From: Chloroflexota bacterium
Lineage (GTDB): Bacteria; Chloroflexota; UBA11872; VXOZ01
NCBI GenBank assembly: GCA_963662335.2
Contig: CAXXVD010000003.1
Span: 384,001 to 448,000 of the forward strand
Reading direction: 5' to 3'
Length of the DNA: 64,000 bases
Position 1 is the stretch's first letter, and every line of letters starts with the position of its first letter. Made by a program: the position numbers and the translations under genes. Under the pieces are notes generated by a model, which worked only from the letters and a program-made list of their open reading frames with translations, did no database searches and was not told the origin of the DNA. This document shows, piece by piece, positions 48,681 through 58,889 of the stretch.

Positions 48681-48998
48681 TCACGACTCGGTCGGCGGTG
48701 CTGGGGGCGCCGGCTGCTGCCTGCTCGAGATTATTCCTTCTATGGCCGCAACCCGCTGCCCCAGCAAGTTGACCTGGTTTTCAAGCTGCATGAAGCGGTT
48801 CTCAATGCGATTCTCCATCGCCGTCATGCGGCTCTCCATACTGGTCATGCGGCTTTCCATGCTGGTCATACGGTGTTCTATACCGGAAATCCGGCCTTCC
48901 AAACGCAGAAGCATGCCGCCCAAGGCTACCGCTGCAATGATAATCGTGGCGATCGTGCCAATGAACTCGTAGTTTTCCACTTCAGCGCTCCTTTCCAA
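48681..48998 (-). CDS. Small membrane-anchored coiled-coil protein with heptad repeats
   Basis: N-terminal TM helix, then MTSMESR-MTSMESR-MTAMENR (21-bp DNA repeats). Confidence 0.7.
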   Translation of the reverse strand: MERSAEVENYEFIGTIATIIIAAVALGGMLLRLEGRISGIEHRMTSMESRMTSMESRMTAMENRIENRFMQLENQVNLLGQRVAAIEGIISSRQQPAPPAPPTES

Positions 48999-49030
48999 TT
49001 GCCTTCAGTGTACCACACGCCCGCTGCCCG

Positions 49031-50092
49031 TCATCCCTTGAGCCAGCGGTCCAGAAACGCAAACGACTCGACGCCGTGAATCACGTGCGGCCCTTCGAAA
49101 ATGCCAAGTTCGACGCGCTCCGGAATGCCAAGCCGCGCGTAGTGCGACTGGAGTTGCGCAAACTCCTCTTTTACGTGCTCCAGCCAGAAAACGCGGTCTT
49201 CCGTGCCGGCCTCCACGAAGAAGGGGCGCGGGCAGATGAGGGAAGCAATGTCGCTATCGGAAAACTCGTTCAACTGGCCCCAGAAGAACTTATCGTCATC
49301 GCCGGTCACGATAAATGACGTGTAGTGCGGCGAAACATCAATCATCTTAGGCGTGCGGTTGGTAAAGTAGCCGGAGCAGACACAAGCGGCGATGCGCTCG
49401 TCGGCGGCCGCGGCCCAGAGCGCCATCATGCCGCCCTGGGAAATGCCCATGTAGCCGATGCGGTCGTTGTCAACCTCCGGCAAGGTTTGCAGGAAGTCCA
49501 CCACGCGCATCATCTTGCCCACTTCCAGACCCATGAGTTGCCGCGCGATGAGCGTGGCCTTGCGGTTGGTGCGCGAGCGGTCGGGCGTGTTGTTCATGAC
49601 CAGCGGGGCAAAGACCACGTAGCCTTTCTGCGCCAGGCGCAAGCCGAAATCACGCAGGTAGGCGGTTTCGTCCAGTTCGTAGTAGCCGCAGGTGGCTTCC
49701 GGCGAACCGGAGAAGCCGTGCTGGGCGATGACGGCCGGTTTCAGGCCGGCCGGCTGCGCGGGCACGAGCAGCACGCCGTAGGCGTGAACACCCTCATCTA
49801 CCGGCAGCCAAACGCGCCGCGCCGCAATGCCCGGGTGCGCCGGCAAGTCTTGCTGGCGCGGCTCTTGGGGAACGGCGGCGCGCCGCGCGCCGCCCATCAG
49901 TTGCAGAAACCGTTCGCGGTTCGGCGATACCGACTGCCGATAGGCGTCGGGCGAGCGAAAGTCCCGCCGCCAGGCGCGCTCGCGCTTCTCCGCCGCCGCG
50001 TACACCAGGTCCGCGTAGTAGCGGTCAATCTCCGCTACTTGCTCCTGGCGAATGGCCTCCGCATCGCCGGGCGTGACGCCTGGTGTGCCCAT
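49031..50092 (-). CDS. Alpha/beta hydrolase (dienelactone hydrolase/acetylxylan esterase-like)
   Basis: GISQGG nucleophile elbow, PRP...GTED, FEGPH. Confidence 0.85.
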   Translation of the reverse strand: MGTPGVTPGDAEAIRQEQVAEIDRYYADLVYAAAEKRERAWRRDFRSPDAYRQSVSPNRERFLQLMGGARRAAVPQEPRQQDLPAHPGIAARRVWLPVDEGVHAYGVLLVPAQPAGLKPAVIAQHGFSGSPEATCGYYELDETAYLRDFGLRLAQKGYVVFAPLVMNNTPDRSRTNRKATLIARQLMGLEVGKMMRVVDFLQTLPEVDNDRIGYMGISQGGMMALWAAAADERIAACVCSGYFTNRTPKMIDVSPHYTSFIVTGDDDKFFWGQLNEFSDSDIASLICPRPFFVEAGTEDRVFWLEHVKEEFAQLQSHYARLGIPERVELGIFEGPHVIHGVESFAFLDRWLKG

Positions 50093-50233
50093 GCCGTTAG
50101 CCCTTTCCGTTGTTTCTGCCTGAAGACTCACCCTCACCCTAACCCTCTCCCAGCGGGAGAGGGGACAAGATCAAGAGCATGGCTAACCGCCAACCCTATC
50201 TGATAAAAGCATCTAGCGCCTAAATCCGCAAGA

Positions 50234-50273
50234 ATGCGCGTAGGGGCACGACATGTCGTGCCCCTACGCGCAT
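50234..50273. repeat. Perfect 40-bp palindrome of GTAG-REP type
   Basis: ATGCGCGTAGGGGCACGACA|TGTCGTGCCCCTACGCGCAT. Confidence 0.9.
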
Positions 50274-50336
50274 ATCTTCACGTACCCCAATGCAGGCCTT
50301 GGCGTGCCCGCACGTGTGCGCGGGGCACAGGCTTGG

Positions 50337-51710
50337 CTAGCTCCTGCTCGCGTTGTACTCGTCCAGGATAGCTTGGGCCTCACCTTGGGCCGTGCGCGTC
50401 GCTTCCTCCGGCGTCAACGTCGGATTGGCCTGCGTCGCCTGGCCGGCGTTCTTCCACAGCGGTCCGGCGAGATCGCCGCCAATGGGATGGAGCAAGAAAG
50501 GAATGGCGGTATCCATCGCGCGCAGATACTCGACAATCTTCTCGCCGGGCGGCAGGTCCAGATTGATGAACGCGTCGCTTTCGGCAATCGACTTGATCGT
50601 CGGCGTCGTATCGCCGTTGCGGGCGGCCGTATCCAGTTGCTCCGGCCCGCAGATCCACGCCGTGAACTCCCAGCCGTGGTCCAGCACCTTGCTGCCGTCC
50701 ACCAGGGCGATTTCCTCGGTGTAGAGCGCGCCGTTGCGCGTCGGCTCGCCCTCGAAATCGATGTACGGGATGGGATGCAGCGTCCAATTGAACGGCGCGT
50801 CGGTGCGGAAGCTGGGCACCAGCCAGTTGTAGCCCGAGTAGATGGCGACCTTCTGGTTCTTGAAGTGATCGAAGATCACCTCTTCCTTGGCATCGTCGCC
50901 GTAGGCTTCGACCTGGTGCTTGTGGAACAGGTCTCCCCGCGTCCTAATGAGTTCGGTGCGCACCGGCGCGTCCCAACTCATCGTCTGCCATTCATTGTTG
51001 ATGGAACCCTGATCGCGGCCGTAGGAGACGTACCAGGTTGACCAGTACCAGAACCGCGTGGACACGCCCCACTTGAGGTTGGGAGCATCGGTGAGCTTGG
51101 CGCCAATGTCGATCATGTCCCCGAAGGTCCAGTCATCGGCCGGCAACTCGATGCCCGCCGTCGCGAACGAATCGAGGTTGAGCGCCATCACCGGCGTCAG
51201 AATGCCCAGCGGCAGCGCGTGCAGCGTGCCTTTCCAGGTGACCCCGTCGATGGCGGACTTATAGTATTCGTTCAGGTCGAGGCCCGATGCCTTGACGTAC
51301 GGCTCCAGCGGCAGGAAGACGCCTTCTTCGCCCCAACGGGCCCACCCCCAGCCGTGCCAGGTCACGTCAAGCAAGCCGCCGCCGGCCGCGGCATTCGTGC
51401 CGATGCGGTCGTTGAGCGCCGTATCGAGAATCGTGGAGATCTTGACGTTGGGGTTCTTCTCCTCGTAGGCGGTCACCAGGCGCTCGTACCAGCGCTCCTT
51501 GGCCGGCGAATAGGGCGGCCACATGAACTGAATCGTCACCTGCTCGGCCACCGGCTCCTCGACTGCCTCTTTCTCCGCTTCAGGCTCGGCCGCTTTTTCC
51601 TCCATCGCGTCGCCCGTCGTCTGCACCTGACCGCACGCGGCCAGGCTTACGGCGCCGAATGCGGCTGCCGAACCCGCCAGAAATGTCCGTCTGCTGATAT
51701 CGGAACGCAT
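50337..51710 (-). CDS. Carbohydrate ABC substrate-binding Tat lipoprotein (family 1)
   Basis: SRRTFL...LAAC, acidic linker, PADDWT; AAGGAG RBS. Confidence 0.88.
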   Translation of the reverse strand: MRSDISRRTFLAGSAAAFGAVSLAACGQVQTTGDAMEEKAAEPEAEKEAVEEPVAEQVTIQFMWPPYSPAKERWYERLVTAYEEKNPNVKISTILDTALNDRIGTNAAAGGGLLDVTWHGWGWARWGEEGVFLPLEPYVKASGLDLNEYYKSAIDGVTWKGTLHALPLGILTPVMALNLDSFATAGIELPADDWTFGDMIDIGAKLTDAPNLKWGVSTRFWYWSTWYVSYGRDQGSINNEWQTMSWDAPVRTELIRTRGDLFHKHQVEAYGDDAKEEVIFDHFKNQKVAIYSGYNWLVPSFRTDAPFNWTLHPIPYIDFEGEPTRNGALYTEEIALVDGSKVLDHGWEFTAWICGPEQLDTAARNGDTTPTIKSIAESDAFINLDLPPGEKIVEYLRAMDTAIPFLLHPIGGDLAGPLWKNAGQATQANPTLTPEEATRTAQGEAQAILDEYNASRS

Positions 51711-51967
51711 GATGATCCATTCTCCTTCGCGGCGTAGCGTTGCGCTGCGCCGCCTGAATGAAGAGCCTCTACGCCGATCAAGCTCGGTAGCAATGACCTC
51801 TCGGAAGCCACCTACGCGGATACACTCCCCCTTTCCTGTCCATCTAGCCGTCTTGCCGCCTATGCTACTTGAAATAGAGAATCTTGGCAATAGGATTTCT
51901 TAGGAGGGTTCGTAGACTAGGCTAGCAGTCTCTTCAAGGCTTGCAGTCTTTACAAGGCGGCAGTTCC

Positions 51968-52045
51968 TGTCATTCCGAGCGCAGCGAGGAATCTAGGGTG
52001 TTCCCGGCTTGAGATTCTTCGTCGCTGCGCTCCTCAGAATGACAG
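51968..52045. repeat. GTCATTCCGAGCGCAGCGAGGAATCT inverted doublet (another at 56796-56928)
   Basis: TGTCATTCCGAGCGCAGCGAGGAATCT...AGATTCTTCGTCGCTGCGCTCCTCAGAATGACA. Confidence 0.85.
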
Positions 52046-52246
52046 TTGGAAGTTGGCTCAGACCCAATGAGGATCACGTGTTTTACCTCTGACCACCCCA
52101 AGCCCAAAACAACCAATTCCGTTTACTCGCTAAGTGGCCGTAGCAGTATCACTGAGTATCCAAAGCTGTACCGGTATCACTTTTCCGGCTCGCGAACGCC
52201 GGTGGGCCAAACTCCGGCGCTCGCGGGTGGCAATGCGCAAGCGGCG

Positions 52247-53749
52247 CTAGGCGAACATCTCCGCCAACGTCTGTGCGGCAATGCGCGCCTCGTCCCAGGG
52301 CCGGGATTCTTCGCCCCAGATGATGGAGTGCTCGTGGCCCTTGCCCGCCAGCAGCACGGTATCGCCCGGCCGCGCCTGCTTGAACGCGACGCGGAAGGCC
52401 TGCGCGCGATCGATGCTGATGCCGTAGTCGCGGCCGTACACACAGCCGGCCTGGAGCGCGCCCGCCTCGATCTGGCGGCAGATGGCGTCGGGGTCTTCAC
52501 TGCGGGGGTCTTCGCTGGTGATGACGAAGTAGTCGGCGTGCTTGGCCGCGATTGCGCCCATGAGCGCCCGTTTCTCCACGTCGCGCTCGCCGGCGCTGCC
52601 AAAGACGGCCACCAGCCGCCCCGGGGTGACGGCGCGCAGGGCGTCGAGCACCAGGCGCAGGCTGTTGGGCGTGTGGGCGTAGTCCACGATCACGGCAAAC
52701 GGCTGGCCGGCGTTGATAACCTGCATGCGGCCGGGCACGCCGGGAAACGAAGACACTGCCGCCGCGGCCGCGTCGAGCGGCATGCCCAGTCCCGTGACGA
52801 CGGTCAGCGCCGCCAGGGTGTTGGCGACATTGAAACGGCAGACCAGCGGCGAGCGCACGTGCGCTTGGCCTTCCGGCGCGACCACCGTAAACGCGGTGCG
52901 GTCCGCGCCGAGCGCCAGGTCGCTGGCGCGCACGGCGGCCTGTTCCCCAAAGCCAAACGTGCGCGGGCCGGGGGATGCCAGCGAGGCGAAATAGGAATAG
53001 TGCTCGTCATCGGCGTTGAGCACGCTCACCTGCGGAAACGGCTTGTCTTGGCCGCGCGCCTTCACCCGCTGGAAGAGCCGCCCTTTGGCCTCGCGATAGG
53101 CTGCGAACGTCTTGTGAAAATCCAGATGTTCGTGGGTGAGGTTCGTCAGGGCGGCGGCGTCGATCTGCACCGCGTCCAGCTTGTGGAGCGCCAGGCCGTG
53201 GGAACTGGCTTCGACAACGGCATGGGTCCCGCCTTGGTCGCGAATGGTGCGCAACATGCGCTGGAGATCCGAGGCGTGCTGGGTGGTGAGCCGGGTCTCG
53301 TTGGGAATCTCCTGCCGGCTGTCGTGAAAAGCGACTGTGGTAATGACGCCCGTGGGATGGCCGCATTCCCGCAGGATATGGCCGATGAGAGTCGCAGTAG
53401 TGCTCTTGCCATCGGTGCCGGTAACGCCGATCACGCAAAGCTCCCGCGAGGGCTCGCCGTAGAACGCCGCCGCCGCCTGCCCCAACGCCTGCCACGTGTC
53501 CGGCACGACAACCTGCGTCACCTGCTGCGGCAGTGTGAGCGGCCGCGTAACGCACACGGCTACCGCCCCGTTCTCCACAGCCGCCGCCGCGAAATCATGT
53601 CCATCCCGCTGCAAGCCCGGCAACGCGAAGAAGAGCGCGCCGTCTCGGGCATCGCGCGAATCGTAGCAAAGCTGTGTGATTTGTAATTCCGCCGGACCTG
53701 TATGCACTTCAGCCTGCGGCACGGCGGCGAGGAAATCAGAGAGTTGCAT
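52247..53749 (-). CDS. murE: UDP-MurNAc-tripeptide ligase MurE
   Basis: GVTGTDGKST, EASSH, EHLDFH, DYAHTP, AGKGHE. Confidence 0.95.
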   Translation of the reverse strand: MQLSDFLAAVPQAEVHTGPAELQITQLCYDSRDARDGALFFALPGLQRDGHDFAAAAVENGAVAVCVTRPLTLPQQVTQVVVPDTWQALGQAAAAFYGEPSRELCVIGVTGTDGKSTTATLIGHILRECGHPTGVITTVAFHDSRQEIPNETRLTTQHASDLQRMLRTIRDQGGTHAVVEASSHGLALHKLDAVQIDAAALTNLTHEHLDFHKTFAAYREAKGRLFQRVKARGQDKPFPQVSVLNADDEHYSYFASLASPGPRTFGFGEQAAVRASDLALGADRTAFTVVAPEGQAHVRSPLVCRFNVANTLAALTVVTGLGMPLDAAAAAVSSFPGVPGRMQVINAGQPFAVIVDYAHTPNSLRLVLDALRAVTPGRLVAVFGSAGERDVEKRALMGAIAAKHADYFVITSEDPRSEDPDAICRQIEAGALQAGCVYGRDYGISIDRAQAFRVAFKQARPGDTVLLAGKGHEHSIIWGEESRPWDEARIAAQTLAEMFA

Positions 53750-53901
53750 ACTATGTTCTTCGCACTCTATTGGATTGCCACTTGCGCTTCGACAGGCTCA
53801 GCGCGAACGGAAACATACTGACTCTACTCGCATTCTTCTATCTCGTTAGACAATTGTAGCTGAGCCGGGCCGGTACACGCTCGCTCCCACGCCTCAATGC
53901 C

Positions 53902-53925
53902 GTAGCGCGGGGGCTTGTCCCCCGC
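53902..53925 (+). repeat. REP-A (GTAGCGCGGGGGCTTGTCCCCCGC), representative of more than 12 copies in the window
   Basis: GTAG tetramer plus GC-rich palindrome. Confidence 0.9.
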
Positions 53926-54009
53926 TGCTTGGGGCGGGAGGGCACATCAACGCTGGCAAGGCGCTTAGGTGTCTAACGCACCGTGTATCACGGCAGCGGC
54001 CTTGCCTAG

Positions 54010-54513
54010 CTACCCTCCGCTTTCCAACGGAAACGGCGTGCGGTCGCGCCGCAGCCGCAGCGGATGGGCCGGCTCGCCGGACTTTGTGAGGCCGAGCGCG
54101 TGGAGGCGGTGGGCAAACTGTTGGCGCACGGCATCCGCCCGTCCCCGCCACGCGCCGTGCACGCCCCACGCCGCGACCACGAGCGCAGCCCCGTCGGCGA
54201 GATCATGCAGAGCGCCATCGTTACCCTGCCCAATCGGGTCGGCCACAGACCGTAACACCTCAGGGTAGGGCGTACGCCAGGCAAACAGGTTGCCCACGCG
54301 CACGCCGCCGTAGCCCCAGTCACGGGCAAAGCCGATGCAGCGCCGGATGGTCGGGTCATTGCGCGCGGCGTCGGCGGTGGCCGGATTGAGCATGATGAAC
54401 AAAACCGCCGGACGCGCGCCGTCCCACGTCCGCCAGAGCTTATAGCGGTAGCGCCCGCAGTCAGAAAACTCGGCTCCGTCTTGCGCGAAATCGGCTCGCG
54501 TAATGCCAGCCAC
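54010..54513 (-). CDS. DUF1643 family protein
   Basis: YRYKLWR, MLNPATAD, DPTIRR, NLFA, AWG, HPL. Confidence 0.9.
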   Translation of the reverse strand: MAGITRADFAQDGAEFSDCGRYRYKLWRTWDGARPAVLFIMLNPATADAARNDPTIRRCIGFARDWGYGGVRVGNLFAWRTPYPEVLRSVADPIGQGNDGALHDLADGAALVVAAWGVHGAWRGRADAVRQQFAHRLHALGLTKSGEPAHPLRLRRDRTPFPLESGG

Positions 54514-54537
54514 CGCTTACTCCTCAGCACGTACACG

Positions 54538-54684
54538 CTGACAGGGGTAGGTAAATGTCATTCCGAGCGCAGCGAGGAATCTCAAGATGCTGATCTTGCG
54601 GGGCTGTGCCCTAGATTCCTCACTCCGCTGCGCTCCGTTCGGAATGACAGGTGAAGTCGACTATAGAATACCTACCCCTGTCAG
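54538..54684. mobile_element. MITE copy 2 (147 bp) with a perfect 11-bp target-site duplication
   Basis: TIR CTGACAGGGGTAGGTA at both ends; GCACGTACACG on both flanks. Confidence 0.92.
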
Positions 54685-55204
54685 GCACGTACACGGGATT
54701 GAGGGGCCTGTAACAGCTGCTCGTCCGACGCGGAAGATCTACGTTCGTCATGTGATGGCTAGGCCCGCCCGGTGCAATGATAGCACTGCCAGCGGCAAGA
54801 TCGCCCCTAAGTCTACGCAGCGACCAAGACCGGACAATCCCAATAGTCCTGAGAAATCGTCACTTAACCGCTAGACACGAACGCAAACCTGCGCTAGACT
54901 GCATGCAATCGTATTGCCTCTCTGTGTTGGTGAGTACAGCGGTTCCGGGCCGCATACGTGCAGAAAGGAGGCGTACAAAGCTAGTTTCGTCTCTGCGCTT
55001 GTGCAGCGTGCGGGAGTCTGTGCGCTCTCGGCCCGCTCTTGCAACACAAGCCCGCCCAGACAGAGCTCCACTCCAACCCGGATTAGGCCGTGCGCAGCAC
55101 GAATTAGGCCGTGCGTAGGCAAGCCCTCTGGCAATCGCAGCCAAACCGCGTACTCCTGGCACAGGCATCGCGTCTCTGTATGACCAACGGAAGGGAGTCT
55201 TCCG

Positions 55205-56563
55205 ATGAAAGCAAGAGAGATCACCCTCAGCCGCCGGCGCGTTCTGGCGGGTCTCGCCGGCGCAAGCGCCCTGTTGCCGCTGGCCGCCTGTGGCACGGTA
55301 GCAACGCCGGCCGCGGAAACGGAAGCCGAGACGAAAGAAGCCGCGCCCGCCGCGGAAGAGGCCAAAGCGCCTGAAGTCCAGGTTGCCAAGTGGTTCACCG
55401 CGTCCTATGGCGGCGGCAGCTTTGACCCCGTGCAGCAGGGGCTTGTCGACAGCTTCAACGAGTTGGACGCCGCGCTCCAGGCCGAATACGTCATCGTGCC
55501 CGGCAACCAGCAGGCCTGCATCGAGAAAGTGCGCACCGGCTTGGCGGCCGGCGAGCGTGACATCGGCATCTTCAATTGCAGCCCCATCTGGCTGGCCAAC
55601 ATCGGCACGGCCGGGCTGGCGGCGGAGCTTGACAGCCTGATCGCCCGCGACCAGGTAGACCTGACCGAGTATGCCGATCTGGCAATCGATGCCCACCGCT
55701 TGCAGGGCAACCTCGTGGCGATCCCGCACTACGTCAACAGCCTCATCGTCGTCTACAACAAAGACTTGATGAACAAGCTCGGTGAGGAAGTGCCGGTGGA
55801 CTCGTGGACGTGGGACGACTTCCTCACGCTGGCGCGGCGTCTGACGACGGGCGCAGGCGCGCAGAAGCAATTCGGCGTCGCCACGGTGCCGCGAGGCTTC
55901 AACCCCAATACGCCGTGGATCTGGATGGCGGGCGGCAGCACCTACGACGACGAAGAAAACCCGACCAAGTCCACCATGTCGTCCATCGAGACGCGGGCGG
56001 GACTGCAATGGCGCGCCGACCTCTACCACATGCACCAGGTAACCCCGAAACCCGGTGAGGTGGAAGGGGATCTGTTCAGCGGCGGGGTGGCGCCGCTCAT
56101 CGTCACCACCGGCGCGGCCATGTCCCGCTATCGCGGCGACCGGGTGTCGTTCGCGTGGGACGTTGTCGGCATTCCCGCGGGGCCGACCGGCAGGACCACC
56201 TTTGCGGGCAGCTATGCGCAGGCAATGTATAGCGAAAGCAGCACAAGAGACGCCGCATGGGGATTGCTCAAGCACGTCACGGGTCGTCCGGGGGCCCTCG
56301 CCATGTTGAGCGTTTCACTCTCGGTGCCGGTCTACACGCCGGTCGCGCAGAACGAGTACCGCAACGCCGACGGACAGCCCGACGGCATCGACAACGTGCT
56401 GAACTTCCTCACGTATCTGCGCGGCCTGCCCAAGAACCCGAACATGATCGCCATCTACGGCCCGGCCTACGGCACGCATCTCGGCAAGATCTGGACCGGC
56501 GAGATGAGCGTGGAAGAGGCGACGGCGGCGATGGACACCATCGTGGACGGCGAGTTGGGCTAA
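55205..56563 (+). CDS. Carbohydrate ABC substrate-binding Tat lipoprotein (family 1)
   Basis: SRRRVL...LAAC, VYNKDL, WTWDDF. Confidence 0.88.
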   Translation: MKAREITLSRRRVLAGLAGASALLPLAACGTVATPAAETEAETKEAAPAAEEAKAPEVQVAKWFTASYGGGSFDPVQQGLVDSFNELDAALQAEYVIVPGNQQACIEKVRTGLAAGERDIGIFNCSPIWLANIGTAGLAAELDSLIARDQVDLTEYADLAIDAHRLQGNLVAIPHYVNSLIVVYNKDLMNKLGEEVPVDSWTWDDFLTLARRLTTGAGAQKQFGVATVPRGFNPNTPWIWMAGGSTYDDEENPTKSTMSSIETRAGLQWRADLYHMHQVTPKPGEVEGDLFSGGVAPLIVTTGAAMSRYRGDRVSFAWDVVGIPAGPTGRTTFAGSYAQAMYSESSTRDAAWGLLKHVTGRPGALAMLSVSLSVPVYTPVAQNEYRNADGQPDGIDNVLNFLTYLRGLPKNPNMIAIYGPAYGTHLGKIWTGEMSVEEATAAMDTIVDGELG

Positions 56564-56625
56564 GCGGTCAAGGGTGGATGTTGACCTGAAATCCTAGGGT
56601 GGTTGCTGCCCTTGGGCTGCAAGAG

Positions 56626-56661
56626 GCGGAGTCCGAGCGCGCACGCGCGCTCGGACTCCGC
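56626..56661. terminator. Strong hairpin downstream of the SBP gene (terminator or stabiliser)
   Basis: GCGGAGTCCGAGCGCG/CGCGCTCGGACTCCGC; no U tract. Confidence 0.45.
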
Positions 56662-57168
56662 CATGCTGCGCGCAACACCCTAACCCGAATCCTTCTCCCC
56701 CATGCAGTGCCCTATGCCCTTGCCCGTATCCACTCCCGTGGGGGCCTTTGCGCCCATTGTCCTTCAGAGAGCCCTGGTTAGGCGCCGCGCGCGACTGTCA
56801 TTCCGAGCGCAGCGAGGAATCTATGGGCGCCGCACCAGGGTCGTCGGCGGTAACCGGCACGGAGGCTGCTCTTGGTCGTCTACACCCCCCTAGATTCCTC
56901 ACTCCGCTACGCTCCGTTCGGAATGACATTCGTTGGGAATGCGCAATCGTCCGCGAATCAGACACGGGAATATTTGGGAGAGAGCCCGAGGAGCGCCGGG
57001 GCAGCATGATAGCGCGCTTGAGCCTCGCCGCGGCATAGCCTACGCCCGCGTCCGCTCATGGCGACTCTTGCCAAGCGCGGCAGTGGACGTGACGATGCTA
57101 CAGAAATAAGGGATACTATCCCCGGTCATGCTGTTGCCACCGCTTCATCCACACGCAGGAGTACCGCC

Positions 57169-58308
57169 ATGAAGATCACCGCCGTCCGCGCGCTGCCCAT
57201 CGACCGCTTCTTGTTCGTGCAGATCGAGACCGACGCCGGCATCACCGGCCTGGGCGAATCCGGCACGTGGGGGCATCTGGAAGCCTCGCAGGCTGCGTTG
57301 GAGAAATTCGCCGCCTATCTGGTGGGCGAAGACCCCGGCCGCATCGAGCACCACTGGAACGTCATGTACCGCACGGCGCACTTTCGCGGCGCGGCGATCA
57401 TGGGCGCGCTTTCCGCGATTGACATCGCGCTCTGGGACATCAAGGGCAAGGCGCACGGCGTGCCGGTCTACGACCTGCTGGGGGGAAAATGCCGCGACAA
57501 GGCGCGGGTCTACTACCACGTCTACGGCCGTACGATCGCGGAGCAGGTGGAGGGCTGCGTGGAAGCCCGCGACCTGGGTTTCAGCGCCGTGGGGCATCTC
57601 AACCCGCTGCTGGACGAGGGCCGCGACGTGCCGTTCTTCACAACCCACGCCGCCCGCATCGCCGAGGCCGCGGACCACGTGCGCCAGTACCGGGAGGCCG
57701 TGGGAACGGACGTCGACCTCTGCATTGAGATCCACCGCCAGTTGACGCCCGCCGAGGCGGTGGTGCTGGGCCGCGCCATCGAACCCTACTATCCCTACTT
57801 CTACGAAGACCCCACCTTGCCCGACAGCTTCGACGCCATGGCGCAGATCGCCGACAAGATCGCCATTCCGATTGCCACCGGCGAGCGGCTGCACACGCTG
57901 CACGAATTCCAGATGCTGCTCACGCGCGGCGCCGTGCAGTACGTACGCCCGGACGTCTGCCTGGTGGGCGGCATCTCGGGAACCAAGAAGATCGCGGCGC
58001 TGGCGGAGGCGCACTACGTGGGCGTGGTGCCCCACAACCCGCTCTCGCCGGTCAGCACCGCCGCCTGCCTGCAAGTGGCCGCCTGCATCCCCAATTTCGC
58101 CATCCAGGAGTACCCAATTGGCGAAGACCGGCCGCCCAAGAGCGAAATCGTGCAAACGCCGGTGCGCTGCGAGAACGGCTTTCTGCTCATCCCGGACGCG
58201 CCCGGCATTGGCATCGAATTGATGCCCGACGCTGCCGAAAAACACCCGCCCGTGCCGAGGCCCACCGGCGCGCGCCTGCACGTGGACGGCAGCGTGGTGG
58301 ACCAATAG
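57169..58308 (+). CDS. Galactonate dehydratase (DgoD)-like enolase superfamily protein
   Basis: DIALWDIKGK, ATGERL, PHNPL, DGSVVD; AGGAG RBS. Confidence 0.9.
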   Translation: MKITAVRALPIDRFLFVQIETDAGITGLGESGTWGHLEASQAALEKFAAYLVGEDPGRIEHHWNVMYRTAHFRGAAIMGALSAIDIALWDIKGKAHGVPVYDLLGGKCRDKARVYYHVYGRTIAEQVEGCVEARDLGFSAVGHLNPLLDEGRDVPFFTTHAARIAEAADHVRQYREAVGTDVDLCIEIHRQLTPAEAVVLGRAIEPYYPYFYEDPTLPDSFDAMAQIADKIAIPIATGERLHTLHEFQMLLTRGAVQYVRPDVCLVGGISGTKKIAALAEAHYVGVVPHNPLSPVSTAACLQVAACIPNFAIQEYPIGEDRPPKSEIVQTPVRCENGFLLIPDAPGIGIELMPDAAEKHPPVPRPTGARLHVDGSVVDQ

Positions 58309-58349
58309 GCGCATGGTCACGACCGCAGCGCATTGGCGGTAGCGGGGCA

Positions 58350-58817
58350 ATGGAGCAATTGCCGCCGCACACCTGGACGTGGCCGCTTTTCCGCCCAGCC
58401 GTAGCGCGGGGGCTTGTCCCCCGCCTCTATGCGCGGCGCGCCACGGGCGCTATCACGCGTCGGCGTTCCTGCCTGGCGCTCCTTGCGGCTCTGTGCCTGG
58501 CCGCCCTGTGCGCCTGCGCAACCGAGGCCGAAACCATGATCGAGGTCCGCATCCACAACGATTCCACGCATGACTTCACCGACGTCAGCGTTGCCGGCCG
58601 GTCTTACGGCGACATCCCCGCCGGCGAAACCAGCGCTTACAAGAGAGTCGGCGCGCGCTTCAGATACTTGGCCCTGGCGCTCAAGGCGGATGGATACAGG
58701 ATCACCGGACAAACCCTGAACCTGGGCGCCGAACGGTTCACCTACGAAATCGACATAATCGACCTTGAGGCGGGCCATCTTGCCATCGAGGTTGTCGCTG
58801 AACGGGATCCTCCGTGA
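58350..58817 (+). CDS. Hypothetical lipoprotein (start uncertain; REP-A at 58401-58424 lies in the 5' part)
   Basis: RRR-hydrophobic-LCAC lipobox, beta-rich body. Confidence 0.55.
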   Translation: MEQLPPHTWTWPLFRPAVARGLVPRLYARRATGAITRRRSCLALLAALCLAALCACATEAETMIEVRIHNDSTHDFTDVSVAGRSYGDIPAGETSAYKRVGARFRYLALALKADGYRITGQTLNLGAERFTYEIDIIDLEAGHLAIEVVAERDPP

Positions 58818-58889
58818 ACCGGCCGCTCCCGTAAACTTCCGCACGCGCGCGAGGATATTTCCGGCCAGGCCGCCCATGACAAGCCGGTC

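Noticed and set aside
54010-54684. DUF1643 as the mobilising enzyme of the adjacent MITE
   Set aside because: It has no transposase motifs, lies outside the TSD, and the other MITE copies have unrelated neighbours.
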